Assembly (NCBI GenBank): GCA_018607785.1
Contig: JABBAU010000026.1
Span: forward strand, 10,749-74,748
Reading direction: 5' to 3'
Source of the DNA: Methylobacillus sp.
GTDB lineage: Bacteria > Pseudomonadota > Gammaproteobacteria > Burkholderiales > Methylophilaceae
Length of the DNA stretch: 64,000 nucleotides
In this document: positions 63,438 through 64,000 of the stretch, in pieces
Layout: each line of letters starts with the position of its first letter
How positions within the stretch are numbered: the stretch's first letter is position 1
Program-made: the position numbers and the translations under genes
The notes under the pieces: generated by a model
The model's input: only the letters and a program-made list of their open reading frames with translations
Database searches by the model: none
What the model was told of the DNA's origin: nothing

Positions 63438-64000
63438 TTAATGTTCCAATGATAGCTTCAAGCTCGCCAATCTCCTTTGGTGCATTTTTACTCAAAACAT
63501 CATAGCCATTTGATGTGACTAGGACATCATCCTCTATTCTCACTCCGATACCCCAAAATTCTTTTGGTACTTCATTTGATGGCCTAATATAACAGCCAGG
63601 TTCAATGGTGAGCACGTTACCCTTGCTTAACCTAACAGCCGTTTTTTTCTTGGTATTTGTCATATATTTTCCCACATCATGTACGTCTAAGCCAAGCCAA
63701 TGACTTGTTCTATGCATAAAGAATTTCTTATATAACTCTTTTTCATAAATTTCATCCTTTGAACCCTTTAACAAGTCTAAGTCTATCAATCCATTAACAA
63801 TAATCTTCAATGCTTCCTTGTGTGGGTCGTCAAAAAAATTATCTTCTTTTACTTTTTCAATGGCAGCTTTTTGTGCCAAAAGAACTAATTGATAAATTTC
63901 TTTTTGTGCTGAAGAAAATTTCCCATTAACCGGGTAAGTTCTTGTGATATCTGAAGCATAGCTTTCAAGCTCGCAACCAGCATCTATTAGCAGTAAATCT
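63430..64000 (-). CDS. pepP: Xaa-Pro aminopeptidase (M24B), C-terminal part; N-terminus lies beyond the window
   Basis: The frame stays open upstream of the ORF-track TTG (63879) to the window edge: ...DLLLIDAGCELESYASDITRTYPVNGKFSSAQKEIYQLVLLAQKAAIE. M24 metal-site blocks are present: DAGCE, SDITRT, HRTSHWLGLDVHD, TIEPG, RIEDD. Confidence 0.9.
   Translation of the reverse strand, partial: DLLLIDAGCELESYASDITRTYPVNGKFSSAQKEIYQLVLLAQKAAIEKVKEDNFFDDPHKEALKIIVNGLIDLDLLKGSKDEIYEKELYKKFFMHRTSHWLGLDVHDVGKYMTNTKKKTAVRLSKGNVLTIEPGCYIRPSNEVPKEFWGIGVRIEDDVLVTSNGYDVLSKNAPKEIGELEAIIGTLND

Noticed and set aside
63879-64000. Apparent start of the last ORF at 63879 (TTG), which would make a 149-aa protein.
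   Set aside because: The frame stays open to the window edge and the upstream translation (DAGCELESYASDITRTYPVNGKF...) is canonical PepP/M24B sequence. The ORF is a window-truncated pepP, not a small gene.

Overview
This 64-kb window is AT-rich (roughly one-third G+C by eye), about 95% coding, and almost entirely housekeeping. I support about 70 CDS. Many are joined by ATGA, TAATG or 1-16 nt junctions, which suggests a streamlined genome.

Gene content and local synteny look like a Beta/Gammaproteobacterium of betaproteobacterial type:
- dapD-yffB-dapE
- trpS-scpA-scpB-rluB
- lolCE-lolD-exbB-exbD-msbA-lpxK-ycaR-kdsB
- nadE-glnB
- xseB-ispA-dxs-folE2
- pepP-ubiH-ubiI-dsbC
- ilvIHC-psd

A marine OM43/Methylophilaceae-like lineage is one possibility. 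I cannot establish taxonomy without a database search.

I see no rRNA, tRNA, CRISPR array, IS element, transposon, integrase, prophage, toxin-antitoxin pair or recognisable defence system. I also found no convincing large novel multi-gene system.

The most unusual items are:
1. An unannotated 43-aa lysine-rich mini-protein encoded on a perfect 36-bp tandem repeat, with its own RBS and terminator (41912-42043).
2. Two signal-peptide ankyrin-repeat proteins bracketing sucCD and packed into core-metabolism operons.
3. A putative murein-peptide recycling cluster lacking an ABC ATPase: lipoprotein SBP, leaderless YkuD-domain protein, two permeases and NagZ.
4. A membrane-anchored YVTN beta-propeller plus a secreted MxaD-like SRPBCC protein with no dehydrogenase nearby.
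5. A long TrpRS with a Cys4 (Fe-S-like) motif.
6. A stand-alone PolB-type exonuclease.
7. RibB fused to a cysteine-free (RibBX-type) GTP cyclohydrolase II-like domain.

Several ORF-track starts are over-extended (cysM, ruvX, sucD, the M48 peptidase). One ORF is truncated by the window edge (pepP). One real small gene was missed by the 60-aa cutoff (ycaR/Trm112-like).

All family assignments rest on motif recognition and remembered alignments. No searches were run.
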